From positions 1 to 56,357 of IMG/VR virus record IMGVR_UViG_3300037419_000959: a stretch of DNA of 56,357 nt; one strand, written 5' to 3'. The translations under genes and the position numbers were made by a program. Below, in pieces: positions 8,325 through 16,286 of this stretch. This DNA is from a virus. The notes below the pieces were generated by a model. That model made no database searches, was not told where the DNA came from, and saw nothing but the letters and a program-made list of their open reading frames with translations. Numbering within the stretch: the first letter of the stretch is position 1; the number at the start of each line of letters is the position of its first letter.

Positions 8325-8652
8325 CGTACCGCTCCATCACTTCGGAGGCGAATGATGCCATGTCGCTTGAGGGCTTCGGCTGATTGCGGCGTTGCTTGTC
8401 TATTTCGTTGAAGTACCAGTCTGCGCGAATTGACCGCCAGGAGCGCAATATCTGCATTTCCGCTGCGGCGATCGGGTTCCCGGTTTTCAAGTATTCCTTG
8501 GCCTGAAGCTTAGCCGCCAGTTCGGTTAGCGGCTCGCGTTTAACGTCATCGCGCAATTCGATGATGGCAGCCGCTAGTTCCTCCCCGAGGATCGGCGCCA
8601 AGATAGGCATTACTTTCACCGCGTCTGTTCGTTTTGCTGATTGTCGTGACAT
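8293..8652 (-). CDS. Hypothetical protein (119 aa)
   Basis: ORF track. Co-oriented in the early-left operon. Confidence 0.55.
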   Translation of the reverse strand: MSRQSAKRTDAVKVMPILAPILGEELAAAIIELRDDVKREPLTELAAKLQAKEYLKTGNPIAAAEMQILRSWRSIRADWYFNEIDKQRRNQPKPSSDMASFASEVMERYDERTHVSQRH

Positions 8653-8681
8653 GATTTTCCGCCTTGCTCTGTGTGTGTTGT

Positions 8682-8709
8682 CACTCGAAGACCTTCATCT
8701 ATTCGAGTG
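8682..8709 (-). promoter_or_regulatory. Inverted repeat CACTCGAA-12 nt-TTCGAGTG just downstream of the yhhQ-like gene
   Basis: Read directly. No T-tract, so it is a processing or attenuation hairpin rather than a canonical terminator. Confidence 0.35.
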
Positions 8710-8728
8710 GGGATGCTGGGTTATGCTG

Positions 8729-9256
8729 CTATGCTTTCTTCTGCTTGCGGGAGTGTGCGAAAGCCAAGAGAGACGCGCCAAACACGCTCATCCAAAGCTT
8801 GCCGATGATCTGTCCGACGATAAAATCGAATGATCCAAAGGCGACATAGAGGAAAACAGCACTGTCAACTACTGATCCGACAACACCGCTCAGAAGAACG
8901 GCAAGAACCATGCTTTTCGCTCTGACCGGCGTGTATACGGCGAGATCACCAATCTCAGCCAACAGGAATGCCAGGACCGACGCGACGACAAGGAAGGGCG
9001 GAGCGAAGAACCACGAAGCCACAGCCCCGATCGCAATTGCGATGAGTGCGCCTTTTACGCCTGCTGTCTCCTGTACGAAGTCGCGGAGCACAAGTGAGGC
9101 TCCAACCATCAGAACACCCGATGGCGCCAGAAAGCCGAACCCTACAGGGATCAAACATGGGCCATTAGGAACACATTGGCCGACATGGCCAATCATCCAG
9201 TTGGCGAGTGGGATTGTTGCGGCATAGGCGGCGATAGAAATGACTGATTTAAGCAT
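8729..9256 (-). CDS. yhhQ: VUT/YhhQ-family membrane protein (queuosine-precursor preQ0/preQ1 transporter family)
   Basis: 175 aa, polytopic. Family-like motifs occur in order: SGVLMVGASLVLRDFVQETAG, LLAEIGDLAVYTPVRAK, LLSGVVGSVVDSAVFLYVAFG, GQIIGKLW. Confidence 0.7.
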   Translation of the reverse strand: MLKSVISIAAYAATIPLANWMIGHVGQCVPNGPCLIPVGFGFLAPSGVLMVGASLVLRDFVQETAGVKGALIAIAIGAVASWFFAPPFLVVASVLAFLLAEIGDLAVYTPVRAKSMVLAVLLSGVVGSVVDSAVFLYVAFGSFDFIVGQIIGKLWMSVFGASLLAFAHSRKQKKA

Positions 9257-9494
9257 AGCGGTGTTGCGCCGGAGCGTCCTTCGGGTTGGAGAGATGGACT
9301 CTGATATCTAGTGCTAGCTTGGGGTTCTTTTCTTCTTTGAAGGCGGCGTATGCCCAGAGCGCACGAACTGCCTCTGGATCGCTGCCATCGAAGGAAAGGA
9401 CCATGTATCGGCGGTCTGACGGGATAGGCTGACCGTCTGTTCGCTCGATAATGAACCGCGGCTCATAGCCGCCCGTGTTGCTACGCGACTGCAT
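9249..9494 (-). CDS. Hypothetical protein (81 aa) wedged between the dpdA-like and yhhQ-like genes
   Basis: ORF track. Overlaps both neighbours (14 nt and 8 nt). No motif recognised. Confidence 0.5.
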   Translation of the reverse strand: MQSRSNTGGYEPRFIIERTDGQPIPSDRRYMVLSFDGSDPEAVRALWAYAAFKEEKNPKLALDIRVHLSNPKDAPAQHRYA

Positions 9495-10086
9495 CGAACA
9501 TGTTCCCTTGATTGTGTCGTGAGGCGATGGCTTGGCGCATATGCGAGTACCGAGCTATGCCGGTTCCATCGCAGGAGTCGGCGCCAAGCTTTTCAAAATG
9601 AGACCAACGCTCCGGACCATTGACCCGACCAATATGCACCCATTTTTCGAGAGCCTTGGCTGCTCGGATGATGTGCTCTACGTGGGCGGAACATTTCCAA
9701 TTCGTGGTGCCGCCGATGAATACGGCAGAGATGTCATCCCACGGGATCGGCAGGTGCTCTTGTCCATCCTGGCAAACCAGAGCTATTTTCCAGCCATCAA
9801 GTCGGTTCAACCAGCGCTCAAAAACCTCAAGTGTCCGCCGAGCTGACCCAACAACATCAGGGGCAGCCACAAACAGGCAGTTTTCGCGATGGTGAGATTC
9901 GCGCTTGAGAAGCGCTTCCAATCCCTGAATATCTAGACCAGAGAAACCGCCATTGTCTATCGCCCAAGGCTTCGACGCATCACGCAAGGTGTATCGGGTC
10001 AAAGGGGTCAAGAGTTGACCTACATCGCCACGCAATTCCGCAGCGCATTCATCCAAATCCTGACCATTGTCGAGAAGAGCGATCAT
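9481..10086 (-). CDS. dpdA: TGT-fold transglycosylase, DpdA-like (7-deazaguanine DNA modification)
   Basis: 201 aa from ATG 10086, with GGAGGAGG SD and a 1-nt stop/start overlap. Ordered motifs AIDNGGFSG, FVAAPDVVG, VFIGGTTNWK and GADSCDGTG parallel the TGT motifs DSGGFQ, substrate Asp, GG loop and GxDxFD. The Zn-Cys cluster and tRNA-binding domain are absent. Confidence 0.6.
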   Translation of the reverse strand: MIALLDNGQDLDECAAELRGDVGQLLTPLTRYTLRDASKPWAIDNGGFSGLDIQGLEALLKRESHHRENCLFVAAPDVVGSARRTLEVFERWLNRLDGWKIALVCQDGQEHLPIPWDDISAVFIGGTTNWKCSAHVEHIIRAAKALEKWVHIGRVNGPERWSHFEKLGADSCDGTGIARYSHMRQAIASRHNQGNMFDAVA

Positions 10087-10493
10087 CAGACCTCCTCCAC
10101 CTTCCATGCCGAGAACTTCCGATCGACCGGCGCGACAACGAAAAACCGAAATGGATAAATCGAACTGGCGATCTTCACCTTCGCCCAGGCGTCATCCTCG
10201 ATCATCTCAAACGAGCCCTTTACGTCGTGCTGTTCGAATTCGTAGGCGCCGTTCATCACCGAGAAATCCATGGTCAGAAACGTGTTGTCCGCCAGACGCA
10301 GCTTCACCCCTTCGAACTTCCACCACAGCACGTCACCAAGCGATTTCAGCGTGTCGAGATATCCGGCATATGCTGCCTCTGTCTTGTTCATTGTTCCTGG
10401 CTTTAGACGGCCAAGGGCGAATTGCTTCTTGCCGCCTGCCTTCGGCTCGACTGGCCGTTGACGGAACTCCCGCGCTGACATGCGGTCCTTCAT
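10086..10493 (-). CDS. PD-(D/E)xK nuclease-like protein (possible recombination/junction endonuclease)
   Basis: 135 aa from the internal ATG (MKDRMSAREF..). TMDFSV...EQHDVKGSF gives a D...(D/E)xK arrangement, and the overall layout resembles DUF1064/VRR-NUC-type phage nucleases. Confidence 0.5.
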   Translation of the reverse strand: MKDRMSAREFRQRPVEPKAGGKKQFALGRLKPGTMNKTEAAYAGYLDTLKSLGDVLWWKFEGVKLRLADNTFLTMDFSVMNGAYEFEQHDVKGSFEMIEDDAWAKVKIASSIYPFRFFVVAPVDRKFSAWKVEEV

Positions 10494-10626
10494 CACGCAG
10501 CCTCTTTCGTCTTCGGCGCATAGACGAGACGCGTGGGAACAGCGCCGCATGTTTGACACCAGTTCTCTATTTGCTCGGCTGAGCACAGAAACCGATTGCA
10601 TCTGTGGCAATAGTCTTTTGGGTGTT

Positions 10627-11295
10627 TCATGCTGCCTTGTCCTTTCCCTTGCCTACCGAGATGAACTCGATGGGTTCTCCAGGCACATCATCGTCAAACA
10701 CCGCGCAGCAAAGCTGGCCGCCGAAGACACAGCCACCATCGATGTTTGTGCGATTGCCGATCGTCAGGGGATTGTTGGATTCTGGCGTGTGGCCGTGGAC
10801 GAGATGTTTGTCCCAATAAGTGCCAGACCAATGCGGCGGGAAGCGCTTCCACAGCAAGTCATGTTCGCTCTGGCAATCGAATGGGACAGTTTCATCTACG
10901 CCAGCATGGACGAAAATACGGTAGCGATCATGGTGGATCATCGGCAAAGCTTCGGCCCATGCGAGATGTTTCCCCATTACTTCCAGGCTCTCATAGGAAG
11001 AGAGCGTCATGGAGCCGCCATTACCGACCCACCACGCCAGAGGGTTGTCTCTGCGGATGCAGGAAACCATCATGTCTTCGTGGTTGCCTTTGAGTGCTAC
11101 CCACTTCCATTTGTCGCTCTTCGGGCCGGCCATGATGATATCAATGACGCCCTTGCTATCTGGGCCACGATCGACATAATCGCCAAGGAAGACGACAGTC
11201 CCGCCATCCGGGCGAGCCATGCGGATGCGATCGAGAAGGCGCTCAAGCTCTTCCCTGCACCCGTGAATGTCGCCAATCGCAAATGTGAAGCTCAT
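10627..11295 (-). CDS. Ser/Thr protein phosphatase, PPP/lambda-phosphatase-type metallophosphoesterase
   Basis: GDIHG, GDYVDRG, GNHE and VHGH motifs occur in canonical order. 222 aa. Confidence 0.9.
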   Translation of the reverse strand: MSFTFAIGDIHGCREELERLLDRIRMARPDGGTVVFLGDYVDRGPDSKGVIDIIMAGPKSDKWKWVALKGNHEDMMVSCIRRDNPLAWWVGNGGSMTLSSYESLEVMGKHLAWAEALPMIHHDRYRIFVHAGVDETVPFDCQSEHDLLWKRFPPHWSGTYWDKHLVHGHTPESNNPLTIGNRTNIDGGCVFGGQLCCAVFDDDVPGEPIEFISVGKGKDKAA

Positions 11296-11389
11296 CGTCT
11301 TTCGCCTCGGTTTAGGAAAGAGCTAGGCCCATTACAGGCCTAGCAGGTGGTCGCTTGGGAAAGTTGGGAGGAACCAAGCGACGGGGAAA

Positions 11390-12016
11390 TCAGCGTTTGC
11401 CAGCGGCTCGTTTGCGTTCGTCATCGGAGAAGTTGGCGACGCTGCCTGTTGAGGTGTAGGCCGCTGTTCGGCTGGAAAGGCCCTTCATAGCGTCGGCGTA
11501 GCTTCCGGGAGACATGTTGAGCGTCTGGCCGACGTTGTTGCCCAGCGACGATCCTTGAGAGAACGCATCGAAATTGGCCCCGATGAAAATCACGTCGTAG
11601 TTCTTGGCCCGCATGTCGTCGAGCATAGCCTTGGCCGCATCCTTCGTGATCTCCTGACTGGCGTTCTCTATGCCGTCCGTGAGGATGACGATGGTCGCCC
11701 GCTTCGGAGCGTCCGAACGAATAGATGTCACAAGCTTGCCGATCGCATCGAAGAGCGGCGTTGCGCCGCGCGGGTCGACTTCGTGGGCGCCGATCGGCTG
11801 CCAGGACGAAGCAATCATCTTGTCGCGCATCACCTTGTAGGGCTCTTGACTGTCGAAGGCCGCGACAGTCACCGCAGTTTCCTTCGTCGCCTTGTCGCCC
11901 TTGAGTCCGTCGACATAGGCGTTGACAGCGCCTATCGTCTCCGCCCAATTCGACTGCATGGAACCGGAACGGTCCAGCAGCATATATGCTTTGTTGTCAG
12001 TCTTTGTTTTGACCAT
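11390..12016 (-). CDS. von Willebrand factor A (vWA) domain protein
   Basis: MIDAS DRSGSM (DxSxS), TPLFDAI and IVILTDG motifs. 208 aa. Confidence 0.85.
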   Translation of the reverse strand: MVKTKTDNKAYMLLDRSGSMQSNWAETIGAVNAYVDGLKGDKATKETAVTVAAFDSQEPYKVMRDKMIASSWQPIGAHEVDPRGATPLFDAIGKLVTSIRSDAPKRATIVILTDGIENASQEITKDAAKAMLDDMRAKNYDVIFIGANFDAFSQGSSLGNNVGQTLNMSPGSYADAMKGLSSRTAAYTSTGSVANFSDDERKRAAGKR

Positions 12017-12028
12017 TTCAATTCTCCG

Positions 12029-12418
12029 TTAAAGTGCTTTGCGGATTACGATCATTGACACCGCCGCGATGATGACCGCGACCAGAACCAGTCCGACCAC
12101 GCCGAAGCCTTGATCATAGTAGACAGGCTGTGGGATGGGTCCTGACACGTCCATGACCGGCTGTGTTGCCGAGACTGGAATGGGGTCAACGATCGGTACG
12201 ATGACGGGCGGCGTGTAGTATGGATTCCACCCGAGCGGATGCGTGTAGACCGGCTGATGAACGATCGTGGTGTTGATGACCGTTTTCGGCCGCGACGTCG
12301 TGATGTAGGTCTTTGTCGGCTGAGAAAGAACAGGCTTCGTTGCCGTCGTGCTGTATGATTTGGTGTAAGTCTTCGTGTATGTCGGCGCTCGATATGTCGA
12401 AGTGCGGTATTGTGCCAT
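12029..12418 (-). CDS. Thr/Tyr/Pro-rich tail-anchored membrane protein (129 aa)
   Basis: Internal ATG 12418 follows the upstream stop by 1 nt. Low-complexity STYRAPTYTKTYTKSYSTTATKP.. segment and C-terminal TM FGVVGLVLVAVIIAAVSMIVI. Confidence 0.55.
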   Translation of the reverse strand: MAQYRTSTYRAPTYTKTYTKSYSTTATKPVLSQPTKTYITTSRPKTVINTTIVHQPVYTHPLGWNPYYTPPVIVPIVDPIPVSATQPVMDVSGPIPQPVYYDQGFGVVGLVLVAVIIAAVSMIVIRKAL

Positions 12419-12419
12419 G

Positions 12420-12842
12420 CTACTCGTCCTCCGCTTCGAACTCGTCCAGGACGACGCGCCAATTGGCGATGTCGCCGCCGGCGCCGATCTGCATGATGAC
12501 GTAATCCCCATAGCCATTGTCTTGAGGGCTCATGATCTTCGGGACATAGCCTTCAATCGACTTGACGACGTTCATATCGGCGTCGAGAAGCTTGTAGGTG
12601 CCGTCATCACAGACCTTGTAATGGATATCGGCTGTGGTTCCAGCCGGCCAATCCTTGATAATGCCAGTGGCGAGATCGATCAGCGGGCACCACGCATCCT
12701 TGACGCGGCAAGGGATAAGCGTGCCATCCTCGTCTTCAACGTCATTGACTGAGGCGTCTTCCCAATATCGGACGCCGCATTCAGCCTGGAGGAAAGCGAC
12801 TTCCTTCTTTGTTGTTTTGGTGATTTCAATCGTGATGGCCAT
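12420..12842 (-). CDS. Hypothetical acidic protein (140 aa)
   Basis: ATG at 12842 (MAITIEITK..). The track start at 12848 is a TTG. Confidence 0.55.
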   Translation of the reverse strand: MAITIEITKTTKKEVAFLQAECGVRYWEDASVNDVEDEDGTLIPCRVKDAWCPLIDLATGIIKDWPAGTTADIHYKVCDDGTYKLLDADMNVVKSIEGYVPKIMSPQDNGYGDYVIMQIGAGGDIANWRVVLDEFEAEDE

Positions 12843-12844
12843 TG

Positions 12845-13234
12845 TCAATTTCCTCGATTTCTGGGGCGATAAAAAGCGCCAATGAACGAGCGTAGACCAG
12901 CAGTGAACGCGCTATGAAAATCCGGGTCCGTGCCCATAAGGAGTACTTCCGCGTTGGCGATGAGCTGGTCGTTCGTTCTGATTTCGGCTCTTGCATAGGT
13001 CACTCCCGATATTTCTTCGATGTCGCGCAGCTCTTCCCCGCTTATGGATATGCGAGGGTCGCCATACCAAGCGTCTTTGGTGCGCGTGTATGACCAGCCA
13101 AGTTTGCGAGCAGCGACGCGTATCCTGTCCTTTACGTTCGCTCCGCTGTTTCGAGGCGCAATGTGCGTCTTCAAAGTTTCAGCGGTAAAAACCCCAACGC
13201 TCATTTCGTTGTTCTCCGAGACGAATTCTGACAT
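12845..13234 (-). CDS. Hypothetical protein (129 aa)
   Basis: ORF track. An alternative ATG at 13204 has a better SD (GGAGAA). Confidence 0.5.
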   Translation of the reverse strand: MSEFVSENNEMSVGVFTAETLKTHIAPRNSGANVKDRIRVAARKLGWSYTRTKDAWYGDPRISISGEELRDIEEISGVTYARAEIRTNDQLIANAEVLLMGTDPDFHSAFTAGLRSFIGAFYRPRNRGN

Positions 13235-13477
13235 TTCCGAAGCCCTTCATGACAAGTTGATCTCGTCACCGGGCGTTGTTGTTGAGAAAGGGACACCGCC
13301 CCAATCCCCTTTGCCGATGTTTCCCCGCCGCATCGGCCAGGTTGACGGGAGAGATTAAGTGCCCTGCGTGCTCTCCCGTCTTCCCTTGGTCCGCCGCTGC
13401 GGATATGCATCTGCTTTAGTTCACTGGCGATGGGTGCTTTTGCTTGCGAGGTCCGGCACCCTTCAGCCATGTTCAGT

Positions 13478-13672
13478 TCATCGTTTGAAAGCGAAGATGA
13501 AAACGCCAGCCAAAATGAGGATGACGATCAGTCCCGCGATCCAGATCGGCGAAAGAACCCACCACCATGACCAGTCGATGTAGCCAGTGAGTTTCAGGCC
13601 GATGAAGAGGATCGTAAGCAAACCGCCAAAGCCGATACCGCCAGACGAAGTGCTGCTATTGTTGTTGCTCAT
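13478..13672 (-). CDS. Small Trp-rich two-TM membrane protein (64 aa)
   Basis: Internal ATG with ATGA overlap. MSNNNSSTSSGGIGFGGLLTILFIGLKLTGYIDWSWWWVLSPIWIAGLIVILILAGVFIFAFKR. Confidence 0.55.
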   Translation of the reverse strand: MSNNNSSTSSGGIGFGGLLTILFIGLKLTGYIDWSWWWVLSPIWIAGLIVILILAGVFIFAFKR

Positions 13673-13872
13673 TTGATGGCCCTCAAACGGTTGATCTGCT
13701 CTCGTTCTTTCTCGCAAGCACGATGCAAAAAGTTGTAGACGCGGTACTCTGGCATGCCCTTCAGTTCCGCGATTTTGTCGGTGCTCATTCCCATACGGAA
13801 AAGCTGTAGAACCGGGAGCTTGGCTTCCTGACCGGGGCGATAGCTTGGAGGCGGAACGTAGTAGAAAGTCAT
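13669..13872 (-). CDS. Small HTH-like protein (67 aa)
   Basis: GMSTDKIAELKGMPEYRVYNFLHRA resembles a sigma-70 region 4/LuxR-type HTH. ATGA-coupled on both sides. Confidence 0.45.
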   Translation of the reverse strand: MTFYYVPPPSYRPGQEAKLPVLQLFRMGMSTDKIAELKGMPEYRVYNFLHRACEKEREQINRLRAIK

Positions 13873-14090
13873 GGCGCATCCTCGGCTCTGCTGCGAAGGA
13901 CGGCGTTGAAATCGCCACGCTGCTGTTGGCCGTAAGTGTCTTCGCTGTCCTTGATGGCATCACGCCAGCGAATGCGTTCGTCCGCTTGCCGGCGTTGCTT
14001 CAGGAACGTGCCGAGCATCGAGGCTGCCGAGAGATAGAGAAATGCCGAACCGACGAGGATCACGAATGCCCATAGAGCGTAGAACATCAT
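13869..14090 (-). CDS. Small membrane protein (73 aa)
   Basis: N-terminal TM FYALWAFVILVGSAFLYLSAASMLG. ORF track. Confidence 0.5.
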   Translation of the reverse strand: MMFYALWAFVILVGSAFLYLSAASMLGTFLKQRRQADERIRWRDAIKDSEDTYGQQQRGDFNAVLRSRAEDAP

Positions 14091-14350
14091 TTCACCTCGT
14101 TGCGATTGGCGCTGAGAACCGCATATCCAGCTATGTCATGCCAATGATCATGGAAGTGGGGGTTGCCGGAAACTATCCTCCCTATTTTGTGGGCTATCAT
14201 ATCCAGCGTTTCTCGCTCATGAGCGTCGAGCTTGCCATAAGTGCGCCCGCTTCGGATCACGTCCTTGATCTTCTGCGTAGTCGCTGCATGGTCGCCATAG
14301 TCACCGTGTGTCGTCTCACGCTGCGCAAGCGTCTCGTTGATATCAGACAT
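14087..14350 (-). CDS. DUF6378-like phage protein (87 aa)
   Basis: RETTHGDYGD...LDMIAHKIGRIVSGNP..HDHWHDIAGYAVL follows the pattern remembered for this phage family. Assignment is low-level. Confidence 0.45.
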   Translation of the reverse strand: MSDINETLAQRETTHGDYGDHAATTQKIKDVIRSGRTYGKLDAHERETLDMIAHKIGRIVSGNPHFHDHWHDIAGYAVLSANRNEVK

Positions 14351-14353
14351 GAT

Positions 14354-14668
14354 CTATTCCCCCTCATCGAGTTCTTTGATGGCTTGGGAGAGCATGGCTT
14401 TGAATTTATCCTTAGCCCATGCGCTCACATCGCAAGTTGCGGTATTTGGATCGGCCTTGAGCATTTCCAAACTTGGGTTATCTCGATACCACGCCAGCGT
14501 GGCGCGGATTGCAGCTTTAGCGGAACTGCGGCAATTGCATTTGCTCTCACGAACCGCCCCGAGGCGAGCGTCATCGCAAAGAACTCGCTCGCCAGTATTT
14601 TGCTCGGTCATGCCGCAGCCGTCTTCGATCATGACTTCGCGGGAGACTGTGTCGATGACGTTTGCCAT
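14354..14668 (-). CDS. Hypothetical protein (104 aa)
   Basis: ORF track. Abuts its neighbours. Confidence 0.5.
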   Translation of the reverse strand: MANVIDTVSREVMIEDGCGMTEQNTGERVLCDDARLGAVRESKCNCRSSAKAAIRATLAWYRDNPSLEMLKADPNTATCDVSAWAKDKFKAMLSQAIKELDEGE

Positions 14669-15034
14669 CTATTCCCCCCTCTGTGCGGCTATTGCTGGCG
14701 GGATGGGACGCGGCACGAGGCCGACGATCCTCTGACAATCCAAGCCAGCTTTTGTGCAGTCACAACCAGTCTTCTCATTGAGATGAGAGCCGCATGCCTC
14801 GCACATCGTGAACATAGGCTCTGCTTCTTCCCAGCGCTTCCGTTCGGCGGCTATTGCTGCTGCCATGATGGTGCGGAGAGCGGCACGCGTGGCATCGATG
14901 CGCTGCCCGGAATAGTTCTCTTTGAAAGGCGGAGTGTATCCGCGGCCAATTTCCTGACCACGAAATTGAACGGCTTCTTCGAACCGCTTGATCGCGTCAT
15001 CAATCTCTTTGGGGAGGTCGGGGGATTGGGGCAT
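14669..15034 (-). CDS. Hypothetical Cys-rich protein (121 aa)
   Basis: ORF track. CEACGSHLNEKTGCDC is a possible metal-binding cluster. Confidence 0.5.
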   Translation of the reverse strand: MPQSPDLPKEIDDAIKRFEEAVQFRGQEIGRGYTPPFKENYSGQRIDATRAALRTIMAAAIAAERKRWEEAEPMFTMCEACGSHLNEKTGCDCTKAGLDCQRIVGLVPRPIPPAIAAQRGE

Positions 15035-15037
15035 GGG

Positions 15038-15520
15038 TCAAAAATCCCCTGGAGCGACTTGGCAGCAGACGATTCCATGGGACCGCCACATAGCGACGAC
15101 GGTTGCCCGATCCTCGAAAACAAGAACTGGCTTGCTATCGAGTTCGTTGAGCCACTCCTCCTTGAGGATTGTATCGGGCCGATGATCGCCTTCTTCACGC
15201 ATCTTGAGCGGGATCATTCCGGCGCCGATGTCATCGAGCCACGCTATGGTTTTGTCGTTCACCTCAGCAGAGCGACCTGTCCATATCCTAACATCCGCGC
15301 CCGTGGCGTAGAGAGCGAGCATGGTGCGAATGATGGGTTGACATGGGGCGTCCTTGTCGCAAGCCGCGTAGAAGCCGCGCCAGTCCTTTTTCTCGCGTTT
15401 CAGGAAATGTTCTCGGTGGCCTGTGAGAGCCAACGTTCCGTCGAGATCGAAGATGACGAGCATGTGTTTCCACCTATTGGAGACAATGGCTTGTTCTGGA
15501 AGCGGGAGTGCTTCGCTCAT
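15038..15520 (-). CDS. HAD-superfamily phosphatase (polynucleotide 3'-phosphatase/nucleotidase-like)
   Basis: Motif I FDLDGTL, then IWTGR, then VFEDR in HAD order. 160 aa. Confidence 0.7.
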   Translation of the reverse strand: MSEALPLPEQAIVSNRWKHMLVIFDLDGTLALTGHREHFLKREKKDWRGFYAACDKDAPCQPIIRTMLALYATGADVRIWTGRSAEVNDKTIAWLDDIGAGMIPLKMREEGDHRPDTILKEEWLNELDSKPVLVFEDRATVVAMWRSHGIVCCQVAPGDF

Positions 15521-15750
15521 GTCGCGCTCCCTGTGGATGCTGTGGTCTCGGGGGCGGCTGATTGATTGGCGTTTCGATCACGTTCAGTGACGGCGGTGCG
15601 AACCATGTAGTCAAGCTCTGCAAGCGCCTCTGTGGCATTTTGCATTGCCATTCCGCGGTCGAACCTTCCTCCTACCAAGGCCCAGGAGCTTGCATATACC
15701 TGAACCTGCTCCATTATCTCATCTGCTGTAAACTTGCGTGTCTCGCTCAT
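15517..15750 (-). CDS. Hypothetical protein (77 aa)
   Basis: ORF track. 4-nt overlaps on both sides. Confidence 0.5.
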   Translation of the reverse strand: MSETRKFTADEIMEQVQVYASSWALVGGRFDRGMAMQNATEALAELDYMVRTAVTERDRNANQSAAPETTASTGSAT

Positions 15751-16286
15751 GCTCCCGTCCTCCCCTCGGCTTGCTCCTCTGTGTGGGAGGGGGTGATGGG
15801 ATGACGGTCAAGACGTTCTATTTCGGCCACGATCAACGCAGCAGCCTTAACGAGGTCGCGGCGACGGTCAGTTGGCTTCCACCAGTTAGTCGTCCATGGC
15901 CAAGCAGGCGGCGGGTAATTTTTGTCGAGCTGTCTCTGACTATCAGTTCTTCCAGCCTCATAGGCGTAACACGACGCGGCACGCGCAAGCTTCCCCTCGA
16001 CATGAAGATCATCATGCTCAGACGTAAAGCCTTCCTCATCAACCTGTCGCTGGCGTTCGGCGCGGATATCCCACAGTGCGCCAGCAAAGGAAGCCTTGAC
16101 ATCGTCGACTGCTTTATTAGCCCAACGAATCGCATAGTCGCGCTCTTCCTGGATGCGCTTGCACTCGGCCAGAGTGCCATCTTCGTAAGCGGTGCGCATG
16201 TCGTCTTTGCGCCCATCGTCCATGACGATAAGTTTGTTGTCGGCGTCTCGCATAGCTTTGCGATACCAGTCTCGGAAGCTGTGCAT
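15747..16286 (-). CDS. Hypothetical protein (179 aa)
   Basis: ORF track. The C-terminal EGFTSEHDD..AASCYAYEA..WPW..WWKP..RRDLVKAAALIVAEIERLDR block resembles a segment conserved in phage proteins of unknown function. Confidence 0.55.
   Translation of the reverse strand: MHSFRDWYRKAMRDADNKLIVMDDGRKDDMRTAYEDGTLAECKRIQEERDYAIRWANKAVDDVKASFAGALWDIRAERQRQVDEEGFTSEHDDLHVEGKLARAASCYAYEAGRTDSQRQLDKNYPPPAWPWTTNWWKPTDRRRDLVKAAALIVAEIERLDRHPITPSHTEEQAEGRTGA

Noticed and set aside
14042-15565. 507-aa plus-strand ORF. Similar long plus-strand ORFs occur at 15738..16913, 16964..17881 and 10480..11343.
   Set aside because: They are antisense to a chain of minus-strand genes that have start/stop coupling and recognisable motifs (FDLDGTL HAD, HNH, GDIHG phosphatase). 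Their translations are Arg/Cys/Ser/His-rich with no motifs. This is the typical shadow ORF of GC-rich DNA.
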